From contig JAABSF010000002.1 of the NCBI GenBank assembly GCA_011390535.1, forward strand, positions 1 to 38,940: DNA of 38,940 nt. The letters run 5' to 3'. A program made the translations under genes and the position numbers. Under the pieces are notes generated by a model. The model was not told the origin of the DNA. It worked only from the letters and a program-made list of their open reading frames with translations, and searched no databases. The stretch comes from Deltaproteobacteria bacterium (GTDB lineage: Bacteria > Myxococcota_A > Polyangia > HGW-17 > SLPX01). Shown piece after piece: positions 29,661 to 38,940 of the stretch (position 1 is its first letter; every line of letters starts with the position of its first letter).

Positions 29661-30615
29661 TGTTTCGGCTCCTTGCCAAAGAACGGTAGAAATAAAGGGC
29701 GACCAGAACTACCAGCAAACTGATTATTTGTGAGGTGCTCAAAAACAGCCAACTTCCACGCATGTCGGCTCTGAAGAACTCGAAAAAAAACCTGCCCAAG
29801 GAATATAGCCCCAAAAACGCAATCATAACTTGTCCGTGGAATTTTTTGCGGGGTCTTACGAATAAATAGACGATAAAGAAAATGGTTAGATTCGTAAATG
29901 CTTGATAGATCTGTGTTGGATGAACCGGGAGAGAAGGAAGATTAGCGGTTGTTAACAAACCCTCTCTGTATTGTTGCCAAGAGGCAAGGCTTCCGGATGG
30001 AAACACGGCGGCCCAAGATGCATCTGTGGTTTTACCGAAGCAACAGCCGTTCAGGTAGCATCCTATGCGGCCGAAGGTTAGGCCGAGGGGTAATAGAAAT
30101 CCGTAAATGTCCAATACTTTACCCCACTGTAATCTATGGCGCTTTACAAAAACGTAAGCAAAAAGCATGGCTGACAAAAACCCCCCATAATATGTCAACC
30201 CTCCTTGCCAACCACGAAAAGGTGCGAGGCAATCTCTTGGCGGGTGGCATTTGCCATGGGCCAAGGAACATAAGTATGAGATGTCGCCGAGCCTACACTG
30301 AGAATCATTAACGCAGCTCCGGTTTTCCAGCCCGACAGCCGGGAGCGCTTGGGGGTTTGTACAGAGCAGGATGTAGTCACCCAACATTCCGTCGAAGAGC
30401 ACATGTGCCAGCCGGGACCCGATCATGGCGAATATAACGAGATAAACCCACATGTCGGTTATTTTCACTACATTAAGATCAGTTCTCCTTGCTTCGCGGC
30501 GTGATAGGTAGAGGCTCAACCCGAAGGCCAGGGCCAGGAGAAAAAAATAGGAGGGAATAACCACTCGGCCTATGTAGGGGATTCCGCTTTCCCAGTCGAT
30601 CAGTTGAGGTCTCAT
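29641..30615 (-). CDS. lgt: Prolipoprotein diacylglyceryl transferase with Cys-rich insertion
   Basis: GSRLAHV, WQGGLTYYGG, GRIGCYLNGCCFG, HPTQIY, RFFFEFFRAD, STSQ. Confidence 0.9.
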   Translation of the reverse strand: MRPQLIDWESGIPYIGRVVIPSYFFLLALAFGLSLYLSRREARRTDLNVVKITDMWVYLVIFAMIGSRLAHVLFDGMLGDYILLCTNPQALPAVGLENRSCVNDSQCRLGDISYLCSLAHGKCHPPRDCLAPFRGWQGGLTYYGGFLSAMLFAYVFVKRHRLQWGKVLDIYGFLLPLGLTFGRIGCYLNGCCFGKTTDASWAAVFPSGSLASWQQYREGLLTTANLPSLPVHPTQIYQAFTNLTIFFIVYLFVRPRKKFHGQVMIAFLGLYSLGRFFFEFFRADMRGSWLFLSTSQIISLLVVLVALYFYRSLARSRNIASETV

Positions 30616-30616
30616 G

Positions 30617-31372
30617 TTAACTTTTCCGGTTGCAGGGTTTTGGCTCTTTCATGGTTTTTTCTGTTTTTATATCGCTGGTAAACAAGAAAACAGCCAGAAA
30701 AAACATTCCAAGGGTTATTGCAATATCCGCCACATTAAAAATGGGCCACTCCACACCTTTGTGCCAATCGATGAAATCCACTACATATCCCCATCTCAAC
30801 CTGTCATGGAGGTTTCCCAGTGCACCTCCCAGCAGTGATGCAAAACCGAATATCATGATGGACTCATTAGCGCTGATCGGCCAACCCTTTTTTGAAGTTT
30901 CAATTAAAACTGAACTGTTTTCCGTTGCGGCTGATGATGTGATGGGTTTATTTCTGTGTGAATCGGAGACGGGTTCAGGCTCGGCTTCAGCGTTTTGTTT
31001 AGAGCTGTTTTCAAGACAGGTCCGTTCACGAAAGAAGGAAAAAACAAACAAACAGATGATTAGAATTGAGACCACTGACATCACCGTCAAGAAAAGGGCA
31101 CGCGTGTCTTTTGAAACAAAAGAGAAAAGTCCCCATGCTCCGGCGTGGTTTTCGGCATAGGTAAATCGCAACCACCCAGCTATTAACTCTAGGCCTGGCC
31201 CATGAGCGAGGGAGCTTTTAGCCCACGTTTTTGTAAGGATGTCCAGAATAAACCACGATAAGACCAAAAGGGTGAGCGTAATCCATCCGAAATGTTTTGT
31301 TTTTGTAGTTTTTAGAGTAGCTGGTGCTCCTGTAGATAATCTGTTTGGTTTATCGTTTTCCATCGGGTTCAC
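30617..31372 (-). CDS. lspA: Lipoprotein signal peptidase II
   Basis: DILTK, ENHAGAWG, GGALGNLHDRL, VVDFID, FNVAD. Confidence 0.93.
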   Translation of the reverse strand: MNPMENDKPNRLSTGAPATLKTTKTKHFGWITLTLLVLSWFILDILTKTWAKSSLAHGPGLELIAGWLRFTYAENHAGAWGLFSFVSKDTRALFLTVMSVVSILIICLFVFSFFRERTCLENSSKQNAEAEPEPVSDSHRNKPITSSAATENSSVLIETSKKGWPISANESIMIFGFASLLGGALGNLHDRLRWGYVVDFIDWHKGVEWPIFNVADIAITLGMFFLAVFLFTSDIKTEKTMKEPKPCNRKS

Positions 31373-31614
31373 AGGACGTTTTTCTTTCGGTGCTTCGCTT
31401 TTTGCGTTGTTTTCATTGCAGTTTATAGCTCTGGAACCTTAACTCGCTTAAAACGTTAAGCTACCAGCAGTGTGCGTGAAGGGCAATAATACTGGAGTTG
31501 ATTTGTGAGGGCAATCCATCTGGAGACGTTTCTCAGGGTGATAAAAATAGCACAGTCGGCATAAGGTTATGGAAAACTTGTTTTTTGTCGGTTTCTTGAG
31601 CTATACCTCGTTAC

Positions 31615-33234
31615 ATGGCTAATAAAAAAACGCTCCCTTCATATATTGAATGTGATTATCTGGTGATCGGGTCGGGTATCGCCGGACTTTATTTTGCACT
31701 AAATGCTGTTGAGCATGGAAAAGTCATCATAGTAACAAAAAAAAAGGCTAGCGATTCAAATACTTGGCTTGCACAAGGTGGAATAGCCTCTGTGTTGGGA
31801 GATGATGATTCCTTCGAATCTCACATAGCAGATACCGAAAGAGTGGGTGCGGGGTTATGTGACCACGAGATCGTTGAAACGGCCGTTAAAGAAGGGCCGA
31901 AGTGCATTAAAGATCTAGCAGAGCGGTTCTCTGTTTCTTTTGACACACGAACAGGAGATTCTTCCTATGACTTAGGCAAAGAGGGTGGGCATAGTCATCG
32001 CCGGGTGGTACATGTCCGGGATCTGACTGGTAAGGAGGTGGCTGAACGTTTGTTGGAAGCGGCGAAAAATCATCCCGGAATAAACATTTATGAAGATTGC
32101 ATGGCTGTGGATTTGTTGAGTAGCGCCAAGTATGGAGGTGCTAATGCTTGTTTTGGCGCCTACATTTTGGACAAGAGCACGAATGAAGTCTCTACGATAG
32201 TCTCTCGTGTGACGGTCATGGCTTCAGGTGGTGCGGGGAAGGTTTATTTGTATACATCGAACCCTGATGTTGCGTCAGGGGATGGTATAGCGATGGCCTA
32301 TAGAATCGGAGGCGCTGTCGCGAACATGGAATTTATACAGTTTCATCCCACATGTTTATTTCACCCCGAGGCCAGGTCGTTTCTTATAAGTGAAGCGCTG
32401 AGAGGTGAGGGAGGAAAGCTTGTCCTGGAATCAGGTGAGCGGTTCATGGGCGAATATCATCCGGATCAAGAGCTGGCCTCTCGAGATGTTGTTGCAAGAG
32501 CAATAGATGATGTATTGAAACGAACAGGTGAAGATTGTGTCTTTTTGGACATGACACATTTGGACCCTGTGTTTTTGCAAAAGCGATTCCCCAACGTGTA
32601 TGAGACTTGCCTCTCTTATGGTATAGACATAACCAAACAGCCTATACCGGTAGTCCCAGCGGCGCATTATTTATGCGGAGGAATCAAAACGGACTCCTAC
32701 GGTCGTACGTCCGTACAAAACCTACTGGCCATAGGCGAGGTAGCCTATACAGGTTTTCACGGAGCGTGTCGGATAGCATCCAATTCACTGCTGGAGGGGC
32801 TGGTTTTCAGCCGGCGTGCTGGAAAGGTTGCTCGTGACTTGGGTTGGCAAAATCCGAGTGTGGTGGCTTCTTGGAGTGCGGCTGGTGCTATTGATTCCGA
32901 TGAGGCGGTTGTTGTGAGTCATAACTGGGATGAGATTCGTCGGCTTATGTGGAATTATGTGGGAATTGTTAGAAGCACCAAGAGGCTTCAAAGAGCCAGA
33001 AGCCGAATAGGGCTTATTCGGGAAGAGATAAAAGAATATTATTGGAACTTTAAGATCAACTCTGATTTTTTGGAGCTTAGAAACCTCGCATTAGTCGCTC
33101 ATCTTATAATCGCATCGGCTCAGAGCCGTAAAGAGAGCCGAGGTTTGCATTATATGTTGGACTACAAGGATCCAGTGGAGAGTATGCAGAAAGATACGGT
33201 CTTTGTTCGAGGATCAGGCCCTCCTCCTCTTTGA
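31615..33234 (+). CDS. nadB: L-aspartate oxidase
   Basis: IGSGIAGL, AQGGIASV, EGGHSHRRVVH, QFHPT, LISEALRGEG, PAAHYLCGG, SNSLLEG, RKESRGLHY. Confidence 0.96.
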   Translation: MANKKTLPSYIECDYLVIGSGIAGLYFALNAVEHGKVIIVTKKKASDSNTWLAQGGIASVLGDDDSFESHIADTERVGAGLCDHEIVETAVKEGPKCIKDLAERFSVSFDTRTGDSSYDLGKEGGHSHRRVVHVRDLTGKEVAERLLEAAKNHPGINIYEDCMAVDLLSSAKYGGANACFGAYILDKSTNEVSTIVSRVTVMASGGAGKVYLYTSNPDVASGDGIAMAYRIGGAVANMEFIQFHPTCLFHPEARSFLISEALRGEGGKLVLESGERFMGEYHPDQELASRDVVARAIDDVLKRTGEDCVFLDMTHLDPVFLQKRFPNVYETCLSYGIDITKQPIPVVPAAHYLCGGIKTDSYGRTSVQNLLAIGEVAYTGFHGACRIASNSLLEGLVFSRRAGKVARDLGWQNPSVVASWSAAGAIDSDEAVVVSHNWDEIRRLMWNYVGIVRSTKRLQRARSRIGLIREEIKEYYWNFKINSDFLELRNLALVAHLIIASAQSRKESRGLHYMLDYKDPVESMQKDTVFVRGSGPPPL

Positions 33235-33308
33235 TGGACAATGCTGGTTAAGTTGAAGTTGGTTTTGAAGGGGTTTGGGTGAAGGGCAGTGATTTGTTAC
33301 AAGTCTTT

Positions 33309-34118
33309 TTAATTCTCCGGACGGTAATTGGCTACGCAGACACCCATGTCACAGATTTCCATTTCAGAACAATCATCACGAGTATCGCAGAGGGGGCGGC
33401 AGTAAGTATTTATACATAAGCACCCTCTGTCTCCACAGATGTCCAAGCTTGCACAATCGCTGCTGAAAACGCATGCGTTTTCGTGATCTCCTATTGTATC
33501 CGGGACACACAAATTCTCTTCCGAGCAGGTTTGACTGTAAGGACAATCTTCAGGTATTTCGCAAGTGAAAATACACATACCCTTAGAGGAGCAGACCCTG
33601 TCAGCGCCACACTCTTCGCTTGTTTCACAGTATGTTTTGGTGTCACCACATGCAGGGTTCTCTTCTGGGACGCAACGGTTACACTCCGGGTTGCAGACGT
33701 AGCCTTCTCCGCAGTCGTCATCTTCACGACAGCCGGATTGACAGGTCATAACCTCATCTTCATCAGGTTCACAGATGAGGCCCGCTCCGCAGTCATTGTC
33801 GTCTTCACACTCATGATTGGGTTCAGCCGCCGGCCCGCAATAGCCTTCGGGCAGACACCGCTCACCTTCTGCACAGTCTCCGTCGAATTCGCACATTTTA
33901 GCGCAGATCCCATCTGATGTGCAATGCTCGTCAGCTGCACAGCCATCTTCGCAGGAAGAGTTGTCAATCTCCCAGCAGAAGCAACTGTCTGTGTCGCAAG
34001 CATAACAGCCCGAATCATCGCAATAGACGGCCCGACACTCAGCACCTCCTGAATCTGAACAGGCAAAGGAAAAAAGAGCCGCAGTTAAAACAGCTCCAAG
34101 AAAACAATAGCGACGCAT
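33309..34118 (-). CDS. Cys-rich repeat lipoprotein (CxxDxDC, Dickkopf-like repeats)
   Basis: Lipobox FSFAC; CEFDGDC, CEDDNDC, CREDDDC, CETSEEC, CVFSSDC, CDTRDDC; GGAGG RBS. Confidence 0.85.
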   Translation of the reverse strand: MRRYCFLGAVLTAALFSFACSDSGGAECRAVYCDDSGCYACDTDSCFCWEIDNSSCEDGCAADEHCTSDGICAKMCEFDGDCAEGERCLPEGYCGPAAEPNHECEDDNDCGAGLICEPDEDEVMTCQSGCREDDDCGEGYVCNPECNRCVPEENPACGDTKTYCETSEECGADRVCSSKGMCIFTCEIPEDCPYSQTCSEENLCVPDTIGDHENACVFSSDCASLDICGDRGCLCINTYCRPLCDTRDDCSEMEICDMGVCVANYRPEN

Positions 34119-34218
34119 GGTTCACCTCCGATTGATTTGCGGCCACCAAAAGCCTTTGTTTTTTGTCAGCTCTCTACATGGACACAAAATTCAAGTTTCT
34201 AATACTGATCTGTTCTAC

Positions 34219-34235
34219 TTCAATATTCATGCCAG
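34219..34235 (-). promoter_or_regulatory. Sigma54-like promoter of the Cys-rich lipoprotein
   Basis: Minus strand CTGGCATGAATATTGAA; strong -24 element, -12 reads TTGA instead of TTGC. Confidence 0.55.
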
Positions 34236-34499
34236 GAGTAGGACATGTAAAGCCTTTTTTGTGACATGGATCTGTTGTTTTTTCTGGCTTGTGTGAACGC
34301 TGGTTGACGGGGACGGTCTAATATAGTCATCGCAGGTTCACATGTTTGGATACAGGATGGATCCGAAAATGTAAAAACTGCAGCTTCTTTGAAGATCCGT
34401 TATCCAGGTATCTTGACTTCCTGAAGTAAATATCATATCGCCAATTTTATTGTTTTTTTTTCATAAACCCTCCGGACTTTAAGCGGAAATGGAGTTATC

Positions 34500-35825
34500 A
34501 TGACAAGATTAATCCAAGAAAAGGTTCAGATTGAACCGGCGGATGGAAAGCTGGGCGTTTTAATACCCGGTCTGGGAGCAGTGGCCACAACTTTTATTGC
34601 CGGTGTAGCCGCTGCACGTAAAGGCTTGGGGAAGCCAATCGGATCTCTCACTCAAATGAGCACCATCCGGCTGGGGAAAAGGACGGACGATCATTCACCG
34701 TTGATAAAAGATTTTGTACCTTTGGCCGAGATGGATGATTTGGTGTTTGGTGGCTGGGATATTCATGGCGAAAACGCATATGAGACAGCCAAAAGAGCGG
34801 AAGTTCTCGAGCCGGCCCTTTTAGAAGAACTAAGAGAAGATCTGGAATCGGTAAAGCCGATGAAGGCAGTGTTTATGAGAGAATATGTGCGGAATCTGGA
34901 GGGACCGCATGTAAAAGAAGAAAAAAACAAGTGGGAGCTTGCTCAAGCGCTTGTGGAAGATATTCAGAGTTTCAAAAAATCGAATGGTTTGAATCGCGTG
35001 GTGATGGTCTGGTGTGCCAGCACCGAGACTTATATGCAAGAAGGGGACGGCCATAAAACGCCGGCGGATTTTGAAAAAGCTTTGAAAGAAAATGATCCAT
35101 GCATTCCACCATCCATGATTTATGCTTATGCTGCGCTGAAAACAGGTGTCCCTTTTGCGAATGGAGCGCCTAATTTGACCGTAGACATAGCTGCTTTGAG
35201 AGAGTTGGCGACGATTCAAAAGGTTCCTATCGCAGGGAAGGATTTCAAGACAGGTCAGACGTTGATGAAAACCATTATCGCGCCGGGCTTAAAAGCGCGT
35301 ATGCTTGGTATAGAAGGTTGGTTTTCAACAAACATTTTAGGCAACGTCGATGGCTTGGTTTTAGATGATCCCGGATCTTTTAAAACGAAAGAAGAGAGTA
35401 AGCTCTCTGTTTTGGATGTTATCCTTCAGCCGGATTTATATCCGGATCTGTATAAAGATCTGAATCATAAAGTTAGGATAAATTACTATCCTCCGCGAAA
35501 GGACAACAAAGAGAGCTGGGATAATATTGATATTGTGGGTTGGATGGGCTACCCGATGCAGATCAAAATTAACTTTTTGTGCAGGGACAGTATTTTGGCG
35601 GCTCCTGTTGTTTTGGATTTGGTTTTGTTCATGGATTTGGCCAAACGAGCGGGAATGTATGGTATTCAGGAATGGCTCTCATTTTACTGGAAGAGCCCCA
35701 TGACCGCACCGGAGCTTTATCCGGAGCATGATCTTTTCATTCAACTCAGCAAAATGAAAAATACTCTGCGGCACATAAAGGGAGAAGATCCCATAACCCA
35801 TATAGGGCTGGAATATTATAAGTAA
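34500..35825 (+). CDS. ino1: myo-Inositol-1-phosphate synthase
   Basis: GLGAVATT, FGGWD, ASTE, FANGAP, GKDFKTGQT, STNILGN.DG, KxxSK, DNKESWD, CRDSILAAP, SFYWKSP. Confidence 0.95.
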   Translation: MTRLIQEKVQIEPADGKLGVLIPGLGAVATTFIAGVAAARKGLGKPIGSLTQMSTIRLGKRTDDHSPLIKDFVPLAEMDDLVFGGWDIHGENAYETAKRAEVLEPALLEELREDLESVKPMKAVFMREYVRNLEGPHVKEEKNKWELAQALVEDIQSFKKSNGLNRVVMVWCASTETYMQEGDGHKTPADFEKALKENDPCIPPSMIYAYAALKTGVPFANGAPNLTVDIAALRELATIQKVPIAGKDFKTGQTLMKTIIAPGLKARMLGIEGWFSTNILGNVDGLVLDDPGSFKTKEESKLSVLDVILQPDLYPDLYKDLNHKVRINYYPPRKDNKESWDNIDIVGWMGYPMQIKINFLCRDSILAAPVVLDLVLFMDLAKRAGMYGIQEWLSFYWKSPMTAPELYPEHDLFIQLSKMKNTLRHIKGEDPITHIGLEYYK

Positions 35826-35923
35826 TTTGGTATTTATAGTGCCGTTGGATTTTCGGGTTTCGTGTGAAAAAAGTCCAAAATACTCAGCAAGTAAACCTTG
35901 CGAATGCTTCCCTGACAAGAAAA

Positions 35924-36268
35924 ATGAAAGAGATGTTGTGTCATCAGCATCCTAGGAGGGATTGGCCTGTTAAGGAATTCCTGGTGATCCTTGTTTTGAT
36001 AGTCTCTGTATGGGTTTTTGATGTGTTTGTGTTGCGTGACTCATACGATGAGAATTATTTCATAGTACAGAAAACAGTTAGGAAAGCCGGTCTTCACTGC
36101 CGGGATATGATTATAAACAAAAAAGGGATTATCACCTACGAAGTGGAGACATGTGGCAAGCGCTATACATATGAAGTGAGAGGCAACAGCGCTGTTGTGA
36201 TCGACGTTGTGAAAATAGTCGGGGATCCGAGAAAAAGGTGTCCCCGGAAAGAAAAAACCGGGCAGTAA
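35924..36268 (+). CDS. Small single-TM hypothetical protein
   Basis: TM EFLVILVLIVSVWVFDVFV, then a small Cys-containing domain (YEVETCGKRYTY); start uncertain (35864 or 35924). Confidence 0.55.
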   Translation: MKEMLCHQHPRRDWPVKEFLVILVLIVSVWVFDVFVLRDSYDENYFIVQKTVRKAGLHCRDMIINKKGIITYEVETCGKRYTYEVRGNSAVVIDVVKIVGDPRKRCPRKEKTGQ

Positions 36269-36271
36269 TAG

Positions 36272-36997
36272 ATGATGGAACCGATTCGTATTTTATTTCG
36301 GCACATCGGTAATAAGTGGAGGGTCGCCATGACCCGTCCTTATGCACTACATTCTATTCTTTTAGGGTTGGTGTTATTCTTTTTTTCCATATCTTTTATG
36401 TTGAATTGTGCCCGTTTTGCCGAAACTTATCCGTATACGCCTCGTTTGGATGACCTAGTTTTGGACCATCTCCCCGTTTGGGATCTGAACACATTATCCA
36501 CACTGGGAATAGAGCTCTTTATTTGGGGGTTTTACGGGTTCTGTTTGTTGTTTTATCCCGAGAGATTCGCGTTTGGTATCAAGACATTCGCGATTTTTAA
36601 ACTATTCAGAGGCGTATGTCTTACTCTGACGCATCTGGGTCCGCCTCTTTATATGGTAGAAGATGGTTTTCCGGGATCTGTTTTTGGTGGTATGTTTTTT
36701 ACCAAAGATCTTTTTTTCTCGGGGCACACCGGATATCCCATTTTGGCGGCTATGGTTTTTTGGGATATCAAATGGTATCGCTACATAGGGATTTTTGCTG
36801 GTGTTGTCTTAGGTGTGTCCACTCTGTTTATGCACGACCATTATACGATTGATATAATCGGTGCCGTTTTCGCATGTCCGTTGGTATGGCTGCTTTCACG
36901 TTGGCTTTTTACTTCAGACTATGAGGCGGGAGTTGATCCATACAAAACGGATTTGGAGCTGCGTCGCGCAAGAGAAATTTTTCAAACCGATCAATGA
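36272..36997 (+). CDS. Sphingomyelin/IPC-synthase-like membrane protein (PAP2 superfamily)
   Basis: About 6 TM; LDDLVLDHLP (D1-like), FRGVCLTLTHLGPP (D2-like), DLFFSGHT (D3), HDHYTIDI (D4). Confidence 0.85.
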   Translation: MMEPIRILFRHIGNKWRVAMTRPYALHSILLGLVLFFFSISFMLNCARFAETYPYTPRLDDLVLDHLPVWDLNTLSTLGIELFIWGFYGFCLLFYPERFAFGIKTFAIFKLFRGVCLTLTHLGPPLYMVEDGFPGSVFGGMFFTKDLFFSGHTGYPILAAMVFWDIKWYRYIGIFAGVVLGVSTLFMHDHYTIDIIGAVFACPLVWLLSRWLFTSDYEAGVDPYKTDLELRRAREIFQTDQ

Positions 36998-37015
36998 GAT
37001 TTTGATAACCTTGTT

Positions 37016-37501
37016 GTGCTGGAAAAGAGGCCGCAAATGGCAAAGGTGTTTTTCAATCCCCTAAATTATTGGTTGATGGTGACCGCTCTTTTAGTGGTTG
37101 TAGATAAAATGGCGGGAGAAAAACTGTATTTTGTTTTAGCTGGAGTGGCAGCTTTTGCAGCGGCTTTCGCGGCATCGGTTTCTCTAGGGCTGGTATGGCA
37201 GGTGAGTGTATTTTTTGTTGTAGTAACGCTATTGTTTAAATTTGCGCGCAAGCCTTTGTTGAGAACACGGAATGATTCGTTAGATAGTATAGAAGAAGCT
37301 ATTGGTTGGTATAAAGGAATGAAGGGAGTTGTTTTGGTGGAGACCTCGTCTACGAGGCCGGGGCGAGTGGTTTTTGATGGAACGTTAGTTTTTTCAGCGC
37401 GATCAGGGAAAAAACTGCGTCCGGGTTTCGTGGTAGATTTTGACTCTATGCGTTTGGGAGAGATTTGGGTTAAGGGCTCTAAGGAGTGTGAAGAAGTATG
37501 A
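37016..37501 (+). CDS. NfeD-like C-terminal domain membrane protein
   Basis: Three TM helices (WQVSVFFVV) and an OB-like tail GMKGVVL...GRVVFDG..FSARS..LRPG. Confidence 0.7.
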   Translation: MLEKRPQMAKVFFNPLNYWLMVTALLVVVDKMAGEKLYFVLAGVAAFAAAFAASVSLGLVWQVSVFFVVVTLLFKFARKPLLRTRNDSLDSIEEAIGWYKGMKGVVLVETSSTRPGRVVFDGTLVFSARSGKKLRPGFVVDFDSMRLGEIWVKGSKECEEV

Positions 37502-38940
37502 ACGGATGGAGCTTGTTTTATCGTAAGTACCCCAAAATATTTATATTCTTTGTGTTGGTGTTAATGGCTTGTGGCGGCGAGAGGAGTGGATTGTCCCAGA
37601 CTCAGGATTCTTCAACGAATGTGGTGGATGTTTTTGTGGAGCCGCAAACATTTGATGCATCTACCAAAGAAGTGAAACCTGAAGGAGGATCCGTTTGGCA
37701 TTATGAGAATGGTGCTTGGGTCGCCATTTCCAAGAAGACCGCGCAAGAAAAAGGGCTTTTTGTTTTAGATCTAAGCGATGAATGGGCTCCGTTTATTTTT
37801 TCTGAAGAAACCCCCGGTCAAGAGGGGCACAAAGAAAACTATTACCGAAAAATTTTTGTCGGGTTGGCGAATGATCAAAACGACAACGAAGGAAAGCCCT
37901 TAAAAAATGGGAGACATAATTATTTAGAGCTCTTTGGTGTTTTTCCTACACTCTCGGTATTGAAAAAACGCGCGATAGGAGAGTTGGATAAAACCTGTTA
38001 CGAAAAAATAGACTATTCAGTGTTCAGTGAAAAGCTTCCATATCCTGTCCGTTACGATGGGGAAAAGAATGATAAGAGGTACAAACAGCGCTATTTGAAC
38101 AGAAAGCGAAACATAAAAAAGATGATGCGCAAAGCAGGCATCAAGAACGAGCCGGAGTTTCTGGAGAAAAGGAAAGCTTCTTGGGAGGTGCAAGCCTATA
38201 AAAAAGTGAGACGTGTATATCACGCCCTTGTGGAGGCACAAAAAAGACTGGTATGTGAAGGACTGTTACGCAAAAAAAGGATGGAAGTCGGCGTGATGGA
38301 TTGGCAAACACACCAGGCTTTGAAGCGGTTTGAGCGAAAACACAAGATATTCGGCTGGGGGATGATTTGGAAAGAGACACGGGAGGTGCTGGCTCGGTCT
38401 CCTGAGGAGAACCTCCACAATGCTTTAATAAGAGTGTTACGGGAGCGGATCGCAAATCAAGTCCCTGTTATTGAAGATGGGACCGTTAAAACTGATGGCA
38501 AAAAAAAGGCGAGAAACATTGTTGAGGAATTCACAAAGGAAGCTGTTAAGCAAATGAATATTGTGGATGTAGACCGTGGGATTGATTTCTTGACGAAGCC
38601 GCCGGTGGAGAGTTTCAAAGAGTTCAAGGTCGCCGTTAAGTTTCCGAAGTTACCGGACTATTACAGTGAAAAGATGAAATTCTCCGTTACCATAAAGAGA
38701 GGTGATGTATGGTATGAGTTCCCTTATGATGAAAAGGGAAACAAGAAGCCTCAACCAAGAGCTCTTCGTCCCTGGATCATTTTATATGCACACCATGAGG
38801 GAAAAAAAATACCCCTTGTTCAGTGGCCGACAACTATTGGGGGGTGGCGCTCGGAACACTACAAGGGTCATGAGTATTGGAGTTACAAGAACTCTTCCAC
38901 TGGGCAGTGGTTATGGAAATATGTTGTGGCTGCACCGGTC
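37498..38940 (+). CDS. Lipoprotein with peptidoglycan-binding-like region and probable L,D-transpeptidase-like domain; 3'-truncated and absent from the ORF track
   Basis: ATGA overlap; MNGWSLFYRKYPKIFIFFVLVLMAC lipobox; GVMDWQTHQALKRFERKH is PG-binding-like; PLVQWPTTIGGW...KYVVAAPV at the window end; catalytic His/Cys not within the window. Confidence 0.7.
   Translation, partial: MNGWSLFYRKYPKIFIFFVLVLMACGGERSGLSQTQDSSTNVVDVFVEPQTFDASTKEVKPEGGSVWHYENGAWVAISKKTAQEKGLFVLDLSDEWAPFIFSEETPGQEGHKENYYRKIFVGLANDQNDNEGKPLKNGRHNYLELFGVFPTLSVLKKRAIGELDKTCYEKIDYSVFSEKLPYPVRYDGEKNDKRYKQRYLNRKRNIKKMMRKAGIKNEPEFLEKRKASWEVQAYKKVRRVYHALVEAQKRLVCEGLLRKKRMEVGVMDWQTHQALKRFERKHKIFGWGMIWKETREVLARSPEENLHNALIRVLRERIANQVPVIEDGTVKTDGKKKARNIVEEFTKEAVKQMNIVDVDRGIDFLTKPPVESFKEFKVAVKFPKLPDYYSEKMKFSVTIKRGDVWYEFPYDEKGNKKPQPRALRPWIILYAHHEGKKIPLVQWPTTIGGWRSEHYKGHEYWSYKNSSTGQWLWKYVVAAPV

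Noticed and set aside
32755-32800. NadB motif HGACRIASNS instead of HGANRLASNS
   Set aside because: Catalytic His/Arg and all other motifs are intact; likely a lineage variant.
38017-38455. Minus-strand ORFs near the window end
   Set aside because: Antisense to the long open + frame starting at 37498.

Overview
Bacterial chromosomal window, most likely from a Myxococcota/deltaproteobacterial genome of moderate GC (inferred from the mreBCD-mrdA-rodA layout, tandem lgt with a Cys-rich insert, Cys-rich lipoproteins, a sigma32-like factor and several sigma54 promoters). Core genes: mreB-mreC-mreD-mrdA-rodA, psd, lspA-lgt-lgt, nadB, ino1. No rRNA, tRNA, CRISPR or intact transposase was seen. Most notable observations: (1) a sphingomyelin/IPC-synthase-like membrane protein with all four D1-D4 motifs, two genes after myo-inositol-1-phosphate synthase, a candidate eukaryote-type inositol-sphingolipid route; (2) a 1435-aa GT4 glycosyltransferase fused to a NAGPA-like phosphodiester glycosidase and coupled to a zinc-ribbon protein; (3) a regulatory relay readable in the DNA, in which an NtrC-type activator with a degenerate receiver (Cys at the phospho-Asp position) is followed by two palindromic sites, a consensus IHF site and a sigma54 promoter in front of a sigma32-like gene; (4) a sigma54-driven pair of a small putative ssDNA-binding protein and ComEA; (5) two ORFs missing from the supplied track, a 57-aa sigma54-driven protein and a 3'-truncated lipoprotein. 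All calls come from motif reading; no searches were run.
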